NCBI GenBank assembly: GCA_963716725.1
Contig: CAVQUB010000009.1
Coordinates: 1-64,000, forward strand
DNA length: 64,000 nucleotides
Direction: 5' to 3'
From: an uncultured delta proteobacterium
GTDB lineage: Bacteria; Myxococcota_A; Polyangia; Polyangiales; Polyangiaceae
Shown here: positions 40,728 through 51,628 of the stretch, one piece after another
Layout of the letters: each line of letters opens with the position of its first letter
How positions within the stretch are numbered: position 1 is the stretch's first letter
Translations under genes and position numbers: made by a program
The notes under the pieces: model-generated
The model's input: only the letters and a program-made list of their open reading frames with translations
The model's database searches: none
What the model was told of the DNA's origin: nothing

Positions 40728-41747
40728 GTGAGACGCATTCTGTTGATCGGTAACCCGACGGCCCAGAGCGGCAAGAACGCGGCTCGCATCGAGCGCGCGC
40801 GGGCTCTTTTCGCAGAGCGCGGCGTCGAGGCCGAGCTGTTTCCGACCTTGCCAGCCGGCCGCACCGTCGCTGCGGTCACGGCTCGCGTCGCCGAGGCGCG
40901 AGACGCGACCCTCGTCGCCATGGGCGGGGACGGGACCTTTCGCGAAGTCGCCGCCGGCATCGTGGCCTCGGGCCGCGCCGACCATGTGGCCATGGGCATG
41001 CTGCCGACCGGGACGGCCAACGATCAGGGCAAGAGCTTCGGCCTCGCCGCCAGCGAAGATTCCCTCGAGCGCAACGTCGAGGTGGTGGTCGCGGGCCACG
41101 AGACCCGCCTCGACGCCGGCCTGCTCGAGTCCCTGGACGAGCGCGGCGCGCCGATCGAAGCGTGGCACTTCTTCGACTCCGCCGGCTGGGGACTGTCGGC
41201 GCGGGTCTTGGCGGTGCGCAACCGCGACCGCGAGCTGGTCGCCCAGCTCGGCCCGCTCAAGGAGCTGTACCGCGATCAGCTCGTCTACGCGGGAGCCCTG
41301 ATCCGCACCTTCCTCGAAGCCCAGGTGATCGACGACAAGTTCAGCGCGGCCGTCGACGTCGACGGCGCCTCGCACACCTTCCACGGGCTCACCGATCTGG
41401 TGATCAAGGGCACGCGCATTTACGGCGGAGCGTGGGTCTTCGACCGCACCAGCCGCCACGACGACGGCGAGTTCGAGCTGATCGCCTTCCGCGGCAAGCG
41501 CGAGTGGGCGAGCAAGGCCATCGTCGATCTCGACGGCAACCCCGTCACCGAAGAGATGCTGAATCGAATCGGAGTCGAGCACATGAAGCCGATCCGGGGC
41601 GCGCGCTTCGAGCTCAGCTTCGCGCGGGAGGGCGAGGTCCCGGTCTTTGCGCAGGTCGACGGCGAGGAGATCGCCTGCTCCGATCACATGCGCGTCAGCG
41701 TCTTGCCGCGGGTCATTCGCCTGATTGTGCCGGAGACGGCGCCGTGA
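40728..41747 (+). CDS. Diacylglycerol/lipid kinase family protein
   Basis: NPTA, GGDGT, PTGTAND, QVDGE motifs. Confidence 0.9.
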   Translation: MRRILLIGNPTAQSGKNAARIERARALFAERGVEAELFPTLPAGRTVAAVTARVAEARDATLVAMGGDGTFREVAAGIVASGRADHVAMGMLPTGTANDQGKSFGLAASEDSLERNVEVVVAGHETRLDAGLLESLDERGAPIEAWHFFDSAGWGLSARVLAVRNRDRELVAQLGPLKELYRDQLVYAGALIRTFLEAQVIDDKFSAAVDVDGASHTFHGLTDLVIKGTRIYGGAWVFDRTSRHDDGEFELIAFRGKREWASKAIVDLDGNPVTEEMLNRIGVEHMKPIRGARFELSFAREGEVPVFAQVDGEEIACSDHMRVSVLPRVIRLIVPETAP

Positions 41748-41796
41748 ACCACAGCTTCGCGCCAGCTTCGCGCGACCTTCGCGCGACCAGAGCCCA

Positions 41797-42120
41797 ATGA
41801 ACCGATCTCGACAGCGTGTGAGCTTTCGCGAGACCGACGACGCACGCTACCCCTACGCGGCCGTGGTCGACGGAACCACGTGGACAGTGCGCGTGAACGA
41901 GTTTCCCGAAGCGGAGTCCCTGTACTCGCTGATCATCAACGGCGAGGTCGTGGAAGAGCTGATGGAGTGGCCCGCCGCGTGGGTCAAGCTGGTCCGGGGC
42001 CCAGAAACGCCCGGCGGACCGGCGAACGAGGACGATCCTCACGAGCGCGCCGAGTTCGAGCGTGAGCTCGCACACGCGGAGCGCACTGCCAAGATCCGAC
42101 CGTCGAAGCTGGTCAAATAG
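41797..42120 (+). CDS. Small conserved-type hypothetical protein
   Basis: RVNEFPE..LYSLIING...EWPAAW; typical codon usage. Confidence 0.65.
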   Translation: MNRSRQRVSFRETDDARYPYAAVVDGTTWTVRVNEFPEAESLYSLIINGEVVEELMEWPAAWVKLVRGPETPGGPANEDDPHERAEFERELAHAERTAKIRPSKLVK

Positions 42121-42484
42121 CGCGGGAGCAGAGGGGACCACCCCGAGCTCGGAGTTTGGAGACCAGCGTTGGCCGCACGGAGGCCGAAGGCACGACGGAG
42201 ACCCTCGACGGGGACCGCGTTGCTCGCGCGTCGGCGCTGGACGGCGCCTGGTGCGCAGCCTAGTGAACCGGCATGCCCGAACTGGCGCCACGGAGCCGCG
42301 TGATGGTCGGCGGGGCGCTTGGCATGGGCCCCGCTTCGGTGCAATTCTCGCTCCGATTCGCCACCAAGTGAGAGACGGCCTGTCGACGAGGGGCGACCGC
42401 AAAACTTCCCGGGGTAGAAATCCGCCTCCGCGCCGTAAAGGACGTCGCTCGAGCGCATGCACGCTCGCTTCCGCCGGAGACCCC

Positions 42485-43720
42485 ATGAATACTTCCGCCA
42501 GGCGTATATTCGCGCTTTCCTTGGTTTTGGCCGCTCCGAGCGCCGTGATTCTGACAGCAGCTCCCGCCGCCCAGGCCGCGGATGCCTCGGCCAGCCCGGC
42601 AAAGGACGACATCGCGCTCACCGGGGGCCAGGTGATCGGCCTCGAGAAGAAGCTGAAAGACCCCACGGACTGGGCGTCGGACGCCGGCAAGCGTGACAGC
42701 GCCAAGACCGCGGTCGAAGGCGTGGAGTCCGGGCTCAAGCGCATCAAGTCGAAGGATCCGAAATGGGATGTGTCCGCCTGGGAGAGCCTGGTCAAGACCG
42801 GCCGCGTGCGCCTGAAGAAGGCCCAGGACGCGGCGTCCGCCAAGGAGGCCGCCGACCAGGCGAACGAGAGCGCCTACCGCGACTACGTCGCAAAGCTCTC
42901 GGGCGTGCGCGAGGGTTTCGACCTCTTGGTCAAGCTCGACGGCAGTCCGAGCAGCGTGAAGGTGTTCAGCAAGAATCAGATCGTCGGAAACATGGCCAAG
43001 GCCCTCGCGGGCGTCGACGCCCTCGACAAGGCTTGCAAGCAGAAGTCCTACGAGAAGCTGACGGTCCCCTCGTTCTACAAGAATGAGCCGGTGGCCGCGG
43101 GGGCCTGCAAGCTCGCCGCAAAGTGGAAAGACCTCGGCAAGATCTACCTCGATCATCAGGTGAAGGGCGGCGTGCCCCAGGAGGTCGCGCGCCTCGAGGC
43201 CGTGATGGCCGCCGCCAAGAAGGGCGCTTACGTCGAGGTCAACGACCACAACAACCTGACGAATCCCGACAAACACATCGAGCGGTACCGGAAGGACTAC
43301 GACGCGGCCGCGAAGCTATTCGGCGCGACGGTCGACAGCGCCGCGTTCGAGCCAATCACCGCGGCCGCCAAGAGCTACGCGGACACGCTCGCCGAGGCCC
43401 AGAAGACCTCCCGCTTCGACACCAAGGCCAAGTTCGTCGACGCGGGATCGACCGCCTCGGTCACCAAGCACCACAAGAAGGGCGGCCCCGTCGAGGGGCA
43501 GGTCATCAAGGTGGCCTCCGCCTACGATTGGTCCGTCAAGACCAACATCCTCGGCACGCCCCTCTCACGCGAGCGCGACGTGACCGTGCTGGTGAAGCTC
43601 AAGGGCGAGTCGTTCTGCCGCGTCTACTTCCGCAACGCGTTCCAGTCGTACAAGGGGGCCTGGAAGCCCGTCATCGTCAGCGGTGGCGAGTCCAAGTTCC
43701 GCGTCTCGGCCTGCAAGTGA
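42485..43720 (+). CDS. Secreted Lys/Ala-rich hypothetical protein
   Basis: Signal peptide ending AQA; GGAG ribosome-binding site upstream; strongly biased codons. Confidence 0.8.
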   Translation: MNTSARRIFALSLVLAAPSAVILTAAPAAQAADASASPAKDDIALTGGQVIGLEKKLKDPTDWASDAGKRDSAKTAVEGVESGLKRIKSKDPKWDVSAWESLVKTGRVRLKKAQDAASAKEAADQANESAYRDYVAKLSGVREGFDLLVKLDGSPSSVKVFSKNQIVGNMAKALAGVDALDKACKQKSYEKLTVPSFYKNEPVAAGACKLAAKWKDLGKIYLDHQVKGGVPQEVARLEAVMAAAKKGAYVEVNDHNNLTNPDKHIERYRKDYDAAAKLFGATVDSAAFEPITAAAKSYADTLAEAQKTSRFDTKAKFVDAGSTASVTKHHKKGGPVEGQVIKVASAYDWSVKTNILGTPLSRERDVTVLVKLKGESFCRVYFRNAFQSYKGAWKPVIVSGGESKFRVSACK

Positions 43721-44151
43721 CCGCTGCAGGGTGCAGGGCCGGCACCGAGAGCACGGTGCTGCCGGTGAGCACCCTCTTCGGAGCGGCCCTCGTGCTCGCG
43801 CTGACGGTGGTGGGCTGCGCTTCCGCTCCCGCGTCGCACCCGCCTGCAGCCTCGGGGCCCGCGCAGCCAACCCTCGCGGCGGAGGTCGACGAGGTGGATG
43901 GGCCGACCGCTCCGCCGTCGGAGTCGAGGGACGAGCCCCAGAGCATCATTGGCGTCGCAAGCTGCGACGAGTACCTCGCGCTCTATGAAAAGTGCGAGGC
44001 GCGTTTGCAACCGGAGATCGCCGCCGGAGCTCGCCGAACGTACCAGGCAGAACGCGTCGGGCTGGAGTTCATGAAGGCCCAGTCGGCGGGGGCGGAGCTA
44101 GAAGCCGGGTGTGAGTCGCTGCTTTCGCAGCTCGAGAAGGACTGCGACTAG
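43717..44151 (+). CDS. Lipoprotein (GVxxCDEYL...C family-like)
   Basis: VVGC lipobox; IGVASCDEYLALYEKC. Start uncertain. Confidence 0.65.
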   Translation: MTAAGCRAGTESTVLPVSTLFGAALVLALTVVGCASAPASHPPAASGPAQPTLAAEVDEVDGPTAPPSESRDEPQSIIGVASCDEYLALYEKCEARLQPEIAAGARRTYQAERVGLEFMKAQSAGAELEAGCESLLSQLEKDCD

Positions 44152-44612
44152 CTCGGCATCGCCGCATGATGCTATTTCGCACTGCTGGAGCGCGCGCTGG
44201 AATCGCGGTTTGGGATTCGCGCGTCGCATGGCTTGCGCGCCCGGCGCGTGCCCTCGTCGCGCGGTCGCCATTGCTCCAGCACCGCCAGCGCCTCGGGAAA
44301 GGGATGCATCCAGCAGCATGCGAACTCGCGTTGCACGCGCCACTCCACTGCGACGGTCTTTGTGGCAAGGGAAGTCCGGACAACGATTCGGGCGCTGACC
44401 CCCGCCCTCCGAGCACCGTCGTATCAGACCGCCGAGCGGTGTTCGCGCGGGCGAGTGCCGCATCAGAGCCGAGCCCATCAGCGCCTGCCACCTGTCCACA
44501 AAGCGCCCGGCAGCTGGTTCGAGGGCCACCCTCGACCAGAACGCCACCGCCGCGTACCCTCGGGCTCGCTGGTTTTGGCAATTCATTCCCCCTGCGCGCT
44601 TGACAAATTGCC

Positions 44613-45812
44613 GTGCTTCGTGCTCTTTCAGGCTTCGTGCGGACAAGTGCGTGCGCGAGGGTTCTCGCCACTGCTCTCGCTCTTACGAGCATGAGCGCAC
44701 CGGTACGCCTGGCGCAGGCCACTCCTCAGAGCGACGCCGCAGCGCTGAAAAAGTTCGAGGGCGGTCGAAAGGCGTACGACGCCGGCAGCTTCGAAGAAGC
44801 GCTCCTGGCGTTCAAGGGCAGCCTCGAGCTTTTGCCCAGCCCCAACACGCGTCTCTACATCGCGCGCTGCTATCGCGCGTTGAGCAAGCCCGCGAGCGCA
44901 TACACGACGTTCCGGCTGGCTTCCAAGGAATCTCAGGACCGGCTCAACGCCACGGGTGAGAAGCGCTACACCGCAACTCGCGACGCGGCGACCGCAGAGG
45001 CTGCCGAGCTCGAAGCGAAGGTGCCGCGCGTGACATTGGCCCTGCCATCCGACGCCCCTGAAGACACCCAGGTGAAGCTCGACGGAGATGTCGTTCCGCG
45101 CGGGGGCTGGGGCGTCGCCACCGAGATCGATCCGGGTCCCCACGAAGTGACGGCGGTCGGCGCTCGCCGCAAGCCCTACGCGCAGAAGTTCATTCTTGCC
45201 GAGGGTGAGCAAAAGCGAATCGACGTGAACCTGGTGAAGCTTGCGACCGCATTCGTGAACATCAAGCTCGCGAGTCGTCCGGCCGGGCTGTCCGTCGAGT
45301 TGGCGGGAAAGCCCCTGGATCCAGCTCTACTGGGCAATGAGCAGGCGGTGGACGCGGGCGCATTCCAGCTGGCGGTGCGCGCGCCTGGTCACAAGGAGTT
45401 TCGCTGGAAGAAGAACCTCGCCGACGGTGAGCGCGCGACGGTCGACGTCAAGCTCGTCGCTCAAAAGTTCGTCGGGAAATCCAGAGGCACACCCGCTTGG
45501 ATGTTCTTCACAGTGGCTGGCGGGAGCGTCGCAGCCATCGCGGGCGGCACTTACTTTGCAGTTCGCGCCAAGTCCTTGTCGGACGACGAGCAAGACAAGA
45601 ATCTGCTCCTGCGCGATCCGGCAGAACGTGATCGGGTCGATTCGCTCTCGGGCACGGCGAACCTGCTCTTCATAGCGGGCGGCGCGCTTGCGGTGGGGGC
45701 TGGCGTCCTGGCGTTCACGACACAGTGGGGCGACTCGAACGAGAAGGCCGCGGCAGTCGCACCCTTTGTCGGGGTTGGTACCGCTGGAGTCGCCGCCCGG
45801 GGAAGGTTTTGA
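44613..45812 (+). CDS. TPR + PEGA-like domain protein (myxobacterial type)
   Basis: FEGGRKAYDAGSF...PSPNTRLYIARC, VKLDG...IDPGPHEV, C-terminal TM helices and GRF end. Start uncertain. Confidence 0.85.
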   Translation: MLRALSGFVRTSACARVLATALALTSMSAPVRLAQATPQSDAAALKKFEGGRKAYDAGSFEEALLAFKGSLELLPSPNTRLYIARCYRALSKPASAYTTFRLASKESQDRLNATGEKRYTATRDAATAEAAELEAKVPRVTLALPSDAPEDTQVKLDGDVVPRGGWGVATEIDPGPHEVTAVGARRKPYAQKFILAEGEQKRIDVNLVKLATAFVNIKLASRPAGLSVELAGKPLDPALLGNEQAVDAGAFQLAVRAPGHKEFRWKKNLADGERATVDVKLVAQKFVGKSRGTPAWMFFTVAGGSVAAIAGGTYFAVRAKSLSDDEQDKNLLLRDPAERDRVDSLSGTANLLFIAGGALAVGAGVLAFTTQWGDSNEKAAAVAPFVGVGTAGVAARGRF

Positions 45813-47290
45813 TGCGTTCCGCTTTCGCGCTCGGACTTCTCGCGCTCGCAGGCGCGTGCACCTTCGGCGGTCTCGCCGATTACGAAATCGGCGAGTGCAA
45901 TCCATCCGCCCCGAAGGCGGACGATCCCTGCGACGCCCTCAACGACGGCGATGACACCACTTGTTCGCCGTATCGGTGCAGTCCCGACACCCGACGCTGC
46001 GCGAAGCTGCCCCGCGACGACGACCGCGACGGGGTCGTCAGCGCCGCTTGCCAGGGTGGCGACTGCGACGACACCGACCCTCGCAAGGCGCCGGGCCACC
46101 CAGAGGAATGCGATCTGATCGACAACGACTGCAACGGTCTCGCGGACGATGGCGTCGCGGCAAAGTCGCCGACACTCGTGGCTTCTGCCGGCGAGGAGCT
46201 CGAAGATCCCCAGATCGTTGGCGAGTCATCCAACGACATGTTCGGGCTGTGGATTGGAAAGGCGGAAGCAGCCGGCAAGTGCATGTACACCGTGCCTTTG
46301 CCGGCTGGCGCGGCCGGAACGCTGTCTTGCGCTCTCCTCGCTGGTGAAACGAATCTCGAGCCGCGTCAACCGCATGCCCGTCCTCTGCCGGGAGGCGGCA
46401 CGGCGGCCGTGATGTTGAAGACGCTCCAATGCGCCACGGGCGAGCTCATCTATAGATTTGCGATCCCAGGGAAGGCCGCTGGGGCTTCGCTCGGGTGTCA
46501 GGCCAAGGGTGCCGCGTTGCCTGCAATGGCCGTTTTGTCCAACGACAGCCAGGCGATCACCGCCTACTACGAGGTCTCGTATCTCGCGCGGAAAGACGAT
46601 CCGGTCCAAGGCTGTCCAGTAGCGGGTCCGGCGCCGTTGATGGTTGCACTCATCGACGGCGCCAAGACGAACGCGGTGAGCATTCTACCGCCACAAGCAC
46701 TGGCGCCTGACGCCGTCAGCGTGCGACGACCCGCGCTGATCACGAGCGGCGGCCGAACCCTGCTCGGATCGCCATCTGGCGCAGATGTCGGGCTCTGGCT
46801 GCTCGAGCCGGGCAGCGGCGCGGTCACCATCGCGGCGGAGACCACCATCCCGGGTCTCGCGGGTGCTCGCGCAGTCAGTCTCGGCGCTCGTCCGAACGGA
46901 GGCGGTCTCGAGGTAGCCGTGGCTGCCGAGATCGGCTGTTCGCCGGAACGGATCGCGCTGGCGCTGGTGCCAGTGGACGCCGCCGGAAAGTTTGGTGCAG
47001 CCACACTGGTGGAAGTGGCCGCGCCTGGCAGCGGTCCTGCAACCGGGACCAGCGTCGCGTGGCAAGCCGAACTCGGGGAATGGATGGTCGCCTGGACGGT
47101 GACGGGGCCGACCGCGCGCGTACGGCGTGTTCGTGCGGCCGACCAGGTGCTCGGTGACACCTTCGACGTGTCCGGGTTCACCGAAGCGCGCGCTGTCGTG
47201 AACGGCGACCTGCTTCTACAGAAGGCGATCCCACAGGGCGGTACCACTTCGCGAGAGTTCTGGTTCGTGCCTGGGGCGTGTAGTCAATGA
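45812..47290 (+). CDS. Lipoprotein with MopE-related putative metal-binding motif
   Basis: LAGAC lipobox; DDDRDG...GGDCDD.DP...PG..E.CD.IDNDCNG. Confidence 0.8.
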   Translation: MRSAFALGLLALAGACTFGGLADYEIGECNPSAPKADDPCDALNDGDDTTCSPYRCSPDTRRCAKLPRDDDRDGVVSAACQGGDCDDTDPRKAPGHPEECDLIDNDCNGLADDGVAAKSPTLVASAGEELEDPQIVGESSNDMFGLWIGKAEAAGKCMYTVPLPAGAAGTLSCALLAGETNLEPRQPHARPLPGGGTAAVMLKTLQCATGELIYRFAIPGKAAGASLGCQAKGAALPAMAVLSNDSQAITAYYEVSYLARKDDPVQGCPVAGPAPLMVALIDGAKTNAVSILPPQALAPDAVSVRRPALITSGGRTLLGSPSGADVGLWLLEPGSGAVTIAAETTIPGLAGARAVSLGARPNGGGLEVAVAAEIGCSPERIALALVPVDAAGKFGAATLVEVAAPGSGPATGTSVAWQAELGEWMVAWTVTGPTARVRRVRAADQVLGDTFDVSGFTEARAVVNGDLLLQKAIPQGGTTSREFWFVPGACSQ

Positions 47291-47301
47291 GGGAGTCAGC
47301 G

Positions 47302-48528
47302 ATGAAAACGGCGATCACTGTTGGTTCGGTACTGGCTGGTTGCATGATTGCAGCGGCGTGCGGCGGCGGCGGTGATTCCAGCGATGCAGCCAAGGACGGC
47401 GGAAAGAGCGGCGGGGCGGCTGGTGGTGGTGGCACCACGACAGGCGGAACGGGCGGCAAGGGCGGAACGGGCGGAACCGACGCGGGCGCGGGGAGCGGCG
47501 GTGTCGCGGCTTCCGGCGGTGCCGGAACCGGAGGCGCGACCGGTGAGTGCAGTACCAACAAGGACTGCGAGGCGCTCTTGCCCGCCACCGAGCCTGCTGG
47601 CTGCGCCGAAGGCAAATGCGACATCCTGCTGAACGCCTGCACCTTCAATGCCAAGGACAGCGACGGTGACGGACACAGCGCCCAGGTCTGCACGCCAATC
47701 GGCGCCGGATCGATCAAGAGCGGCGACGACTGTGACGACGGAGACCCGAGCACGTACCCCGGTGCACCCGACTTGTGCGACGGCAAGATCCACACCTGCG
47801 CGACCAGCGCGTGCTCCTGCACGAATGGCGAGACCCAGGCGTGCGGCAGTGCGACCACGTGCAATTCCTCGGCGGTCAAGACATGCACCAACGGCAGTCT
47901 CGGAGTCTGTGATCCGCCACCCAAGACGACGTGTGCGCCCAACTCCATCACGGCCTGCACCACGTGCAGCACGTTGAGTCAATTTTCGAGCGGCACTCAC
48001 ATCTGCAATTCGAACTGCGACTACGCGGGAGCCTACTGCACGCCCACCGGCGGCAGCTGGACCGCGAACTCCGTCGACTCGGTTTTTCAACACGAATGTG
48101 GCTCCAAGTACACGCAGACCGGCATGCCCGATGTCTGGATGGTGTTTCCCAGCTCGGGTTCCGCCTGCTGGATGCAGAAGGGTCCCAACTTCAAGCTGCC
48201 TCGTGGCCGCTACAAGTGGACGTTCAAGGTCACGATCAACTCCAGCAACGGTGGGCTTTCGGCCGACGTCGCGCGGAACGGAACCACTGTGGGCCCGCCG
48301 GATGGGCCGCAGCCGGACTTCACTTGCCCGTGGAATGGCCCCGGCTACTGCCCGCCAGGCGTGATCACCATCACCAAGTCCGAGGCCGACGTCACGCAGG
48401 TCTACTCGATCGACTTCGGCGTGCCGGACGATTGCGGCGCGAGCTACGAGCTTCGCGTGCGGGCCTACGGCCCGGGCGGATGGATGATGCTCCACTACTC
48501 CACCGTCTCCTGGGCCGGGACGTACTGA
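47302..48528 (+). CDS. Cys-rich lipoprotein with MopE-related motif
   Basis: AAAC lipobox; DSDGDGH...GDDCDDGDPSTYPGAPDLCDG. Confidence 0.8.
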   Translation: MKTAITVGSVLAGCMIAAACGGGGDSSDAAKDGGKSGGAAGGGGTTTGGTGGKGGTGGTDAGAGSGGVAASGGAGTGGATGECSTNKDCEALLPATEPAGCAEGKCDILLNACTFNAKDSDGDGHSAQVCTPIGAGSIKSGDDCDDGDPSTYPGAPDLCDGKIHTCATSACSCTNGETQACGSATTCNSSAVKTCTNGSLGVCDPPPKTTCAPNSITACTTCSTLSQFSSGTHICNSNCDYAGAYCTPTGGSWTANSVDSVFQHECGSKYTQTGMPDVWMVFPSSGSACWMQKGPNFKLPRGRYKWTFKVTINSSNGGLSADVARNGTTVGPPDGPQPDFTCPWNGPGYCPPGVITITKSEADVTQVYSIDFGVPDDCGASYELRVRAYGPGGWMMLHYSTVSWAGTY

Positions 48529-48562
48529 GTACTGAGATCACCACGTACTGAGTGAGGACTGG

Positions 48563-50074
48563 ATGAACGGACTAAGGATCACCCTGGGGATGCTGTTGGC
48601 GGCGACGGGTTTCGCCGCGGCGTGCAGCACGAGCTCGGATGACGAGAGCAAGAGCAAGTCCAAGACGTGCACGCTGGCGGCAGACTGTGCCGCCGCCCCC
48701 GCGACCAGCCCGCCGGGATGTGCGGAAGCCGCGTGCGAATCCGGTGTCTGTGCGTTCAAGGCCAAGGATGCCGACGGCGACGGTCACTCGAGTTCGCAGT
48801 GCGCCGCGGTCGGTAGTGTGGACATCTCGGTCGGCGACGATTGTGACGACGCAGATCCGGCGATTCATCCTGGTGCGTGGGATGGTCCAGCCAACTCCAC
48901 GACGGGAGATCCCGACCAGTGCGATCTGAAGGACCAGGACTGTGACGGAACCAGCGATGACGAGGCAGTGGATGGAAAGTCCTGCTCGTGCGACACGGGG
49001 GCGAGTCAGCTCTGCGCGACCGACGAGCTGGGTCAGCCGATTCCCGGGCTGGACGGGACGAAGCACGAGGTCGGGATCTGCAAGCTCGGCACGAAGCAAT
49101 GCGCACCCGGCAAGCCCGTCAAGTGCGTGGGAGCGGTGGGTCCGAGCGCGAAGGACTGCACGTCACCGCTCGACAACGACTGCAACGAAAAGCCCGACAA
49201 CACCGAGCTGACGTTTTGCGCGTGCAACCTGGGCGAGACGAAGAGCTGTCCGACCGGGAATATCGGTGAGTGCGCAACGGGCACCAAGACCTGTCAGTCG
49301 TCGGGCGCGTCTGCGGTCTGGGGACCTTGCGTTTCGCCCAGCGCGGGTGCGCCGGATTGCTCACAATCGCTGGACAAAGACTGCGACGGCGTGCCCGACA
49401 ACGCGCAGGAAAGCTGCAAGTGTGATCAAGGCGGAACGAAGTTTGGCATCGGGCTCACTGCCCAATGCGACGCGCATCCGGGTCTCGACGGCACCGGAGC
49501 GTGCAAGGCAGGACAGCAAACCTGTGTCTTGAACGGCAGTTCAGCACAGTGGACAACTTGCGCCGGGTCCGTTGGGCCCGCAGCAGATATGTGCGATCCG
49601 ACGCAGGACCTGAACTGCGACGGAAAGGGCGGCAACGGCACGAGTTGCTTCGTGATGATCTATACGCTGATCCCACCGAATCAACAGTTCGGTCCCTGCG
49701 ACTTTCAGTACGTTCAAGACGCAATGTGGAGCCCAGTCGCCAACGAAGCGGGCTGGAAACAAATCGCGCAGATGAAGATGTACAAGACTCAGCAGCCGGC
49801 TACGGTTGCCGCCGTTCGCTGCAACAGCGGCACCAAGCACGGGAGTTTCTTTGCCAGCTGTCCGGTAGGGTGGGCGCTGGAACAAACCGTGGGATGGGTA
49901 AAGACGTCGCCTGGCCTCGGTTTCGAGCAACTCAAGTCCTTCCCGCTGCCGTCGGCGCCGTCCACGCATGTGGTGTTCCCGGACTACCAGGGCATTTACC
50001 CTTGGTGCGCCTCTGGCTGCGCGCAGAACGGCTGTGCCGTAACGGGTAAGTACCACTACTACCTTGCCAACTGA
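48563..50074 (+). CDS. Cys-rich MopE-motif lipoprotein, tandem paralogue A
   Basis: AAAC lipobox; multiple LDNDC/LDKDCDG repeats. Confidence 0.85.
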   Translation: MNGLRITLGMLLAATGFAAACSTSSDDESKSKSKTCTLAADCAAAPATSPPGCAEAACESGVCAFKAKDADGDGHSSSQCAAVGSVDISVGDDCDDADPAIHPGAWDGPANSTTGDPDQCDLKDQDCDGTSDDEAVDGKSCSCDTGASQLCATDELGQPIPGLDGTKHEVGICKLGTKQCAPGKPVKCVGAVGPSAKDCTSPLDNDCNEKPDNTELTFCACNLGETKSCPTGNIGECATGTKTCQSSGASAVWGPCVSPSAGAPDCSQSLDKDCDGVPDNAQESCKCDQGGTKFGIGLTAQCDAHPGLDGTGACKAGQQTCVLNGSSAQWTTCAGSVGPAADMCDPTQDLNCDGKGGNGTSCFVMIYTLIPPNQQFGPCDFQYVQDAMWSPVANEAGWKQIAQMKMYKTQQPATVAAVRCNSGTKHGSFFASCPVGWALEQTVGWVKTSPGLGFEQLKSFPLPSAPSTHVVFPDYQGIYPWCASGCAQNGCAVTGKYHYYLAN

Positions 50075-50118
50075 GTACGTACTCCCAGCTTTCTGTGTCA
50101 GCAGCTACTGAGGACGCT

Positions 50119-51627
50119 ATGAACAGACTGAAAACCACTCTGGGAACGGTCTTGGTGGCGACGGGTTTTGGCGCAGCGTGCAACTCGGGCTCGGATGACG
50201 AGAGCAAGAGCAAGTCCAAGACGTGCACGCTGGCGGCAGACTGTGCCGCCGCCCCCGCGACCAGCCCGCCGGGATGCGCGGAAGCTGCGTGCGAATCCGG
50301 TGTCTGTGCCTTCAAGGCCAAGGATGCCGACGGCGACGGTCACTCGAGCTCGCAGTGCAGCGCGGTGGGTAGTGTGGACATCTCGGTCGGCGACGATTGT
50401 GACGACGCAGACCCGGCGATTCACCCGGGGGCGTGGGATGGTCCAGCCAACGCGGCGACTGGAGAGCCCGACCAGTGCGATCTGAAGGACCAGGACTGTG
50501 ACGGAACCAGCGATGACGAGGCAGTGGATGGAAAGTCTTGCTCGTGCGACACGGGAGCGAGTCAGCTCTGCGCGACCGACGAGCTGGGTCAGCCGATTCC
50601 CGGGCTGGACGGGACGAAGCACGAGATCGGGATCTGCAAGCTCGGCACGAAGCAATGCGCACCCGGCAAGCCCGTCAAGTGCGTGGGAGCGGTGGGTCCG
50701 AGCGCGAAGGACTGCACGTCACCGCTCGACAACGACTGCAACGAAAAGCCCGACAACACCGAGCTGACGTTTTGCGCGTGCAACCTGGGCGAGACGAAGA
50801 GCTGTCAGACCGGGAATATCGGCGAGTGCGCAACGGGCACCAAGACCTGTCAGTCGTCGGGCGCGTCTGCGGTCTGGGGACCTTGCGTTTCACCCAGCAC
50901 GGGTGCGCCGGATTGCTCACAATCGCTGGACAAAGATTGCGACGGCGTGCCCGACAACTTGCAGGAGAGCTGCAAGTGTGATCAAGGCGGAACGAAGTTC
51001 GCCATCGGTGTCACCGCACCGTGCCAGACGCATCCGGGTTTCGACGGCACCGGAGCCTGCAAGGCCGGGCAGCAAACCTGCGTTCTGAACGGAACTTCAG
51101 CGGAGTGGACCGCTTGCGGCGGATCCGTTGGGCCTCTGGCTCAAGATACGTGCGACCCGACGAAGGATCTGAACTGTGATGGAAAATCCGGGAATGGAGT
51201 CGGCTGCACGGTCGCGGTCTACACGTTGATCCCGGCGAGTCAGCAGTTCGACCTGTGCGATTTCGACCACACCTCGGACGTGAAGTGGAGCTTCTCGATC
51301 GAAGCCGGCTGGCAGCACGTCGCGCAGTTCCAGGTGTACAAGACGCAACAGCCGGGAACGATTGCTGCCGTGAAGTGCATCAACGGCAAGCATGGAAGCT
51401 TCTTCGGAAGCTGCCCCGCCGGCTGGACGTTGGAGCAGACGATGGGGTGGGTGAAGACCACGCCCGGCCTGGGTTTTACGCCCCTTCAATCCTTTCCGCT
51501 CCCCGGCTCGCCATCCACGCTCATCGTGCTCGAGGTGGGCGGGGGTGTGACCAGCAGCATTCTGTGTAGCCCGTCTAGCTGCAAGAAGTCCTGCTCCTTG
51601 CTCGGCTACCACGCCCCTCTGTTTTGA
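50119..51627 (+). CDS. Cys-rich MopE-motif lipoprotein, tandem paralogue B
   Basis: Near-identical to paralogue A over about the first 290 aa; diverged C-terminus. Confidence 0.85.
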   Translation: MNRLKTTLGTVLVATGFGAACNSGSDDESKSKSKTCTLAADCAAAPATSPPGCAEAACESGVCAFKAKDADGDGHSSSQCSAVGSVDISVGDDCDDADPAIHPGAWDGPANAATGEPDQCDLKDQDCDGTSDDEAVDGKSCSCDTGASQLCATDELGQPIPGLDGTKHEIGICKLGTKQCAPGKPVKCVGAVGPSAKDCTSPLDNDCNEKPDNTELTFCACNLGETKSCQTGNIGECATGTKTCQSSGASAVWGPCVSPSTGAPDCSQSLDKDCDGVPDNLQESCKCDQGGTKFAIGVTAPCQTHPGFDGTGACKAGQQTCVLNGTSAEWTACGGSVGPLAQDTCDPTKDLNCDGKSGNGVGCTVAVYTLIPASQQFDLCDFDHTSDVKWSFSIEAGWQHVAQFQVYKTQQPGTIAAVKCINGKHGSFFGSCPAGWTLEQTMGWVKTTPGLGFTPLQSFPLPGSPSTLIVLEVGGGVTSSILCSPSSCKKSCSLLGYHAPLF

Positions 51628-51628
51628 C

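Noticed and set aside
44151..44612. Long intergenic region as ncRNA or hidden gene
   Set aside because: No recognisable motif, convincing structure or codon bias.
48563..51627. Diversity-generating retroelement template/variable repeat pair
   Set aside because: No reverse transcriptase; differences are not adenine-specific and both copies are full genes.
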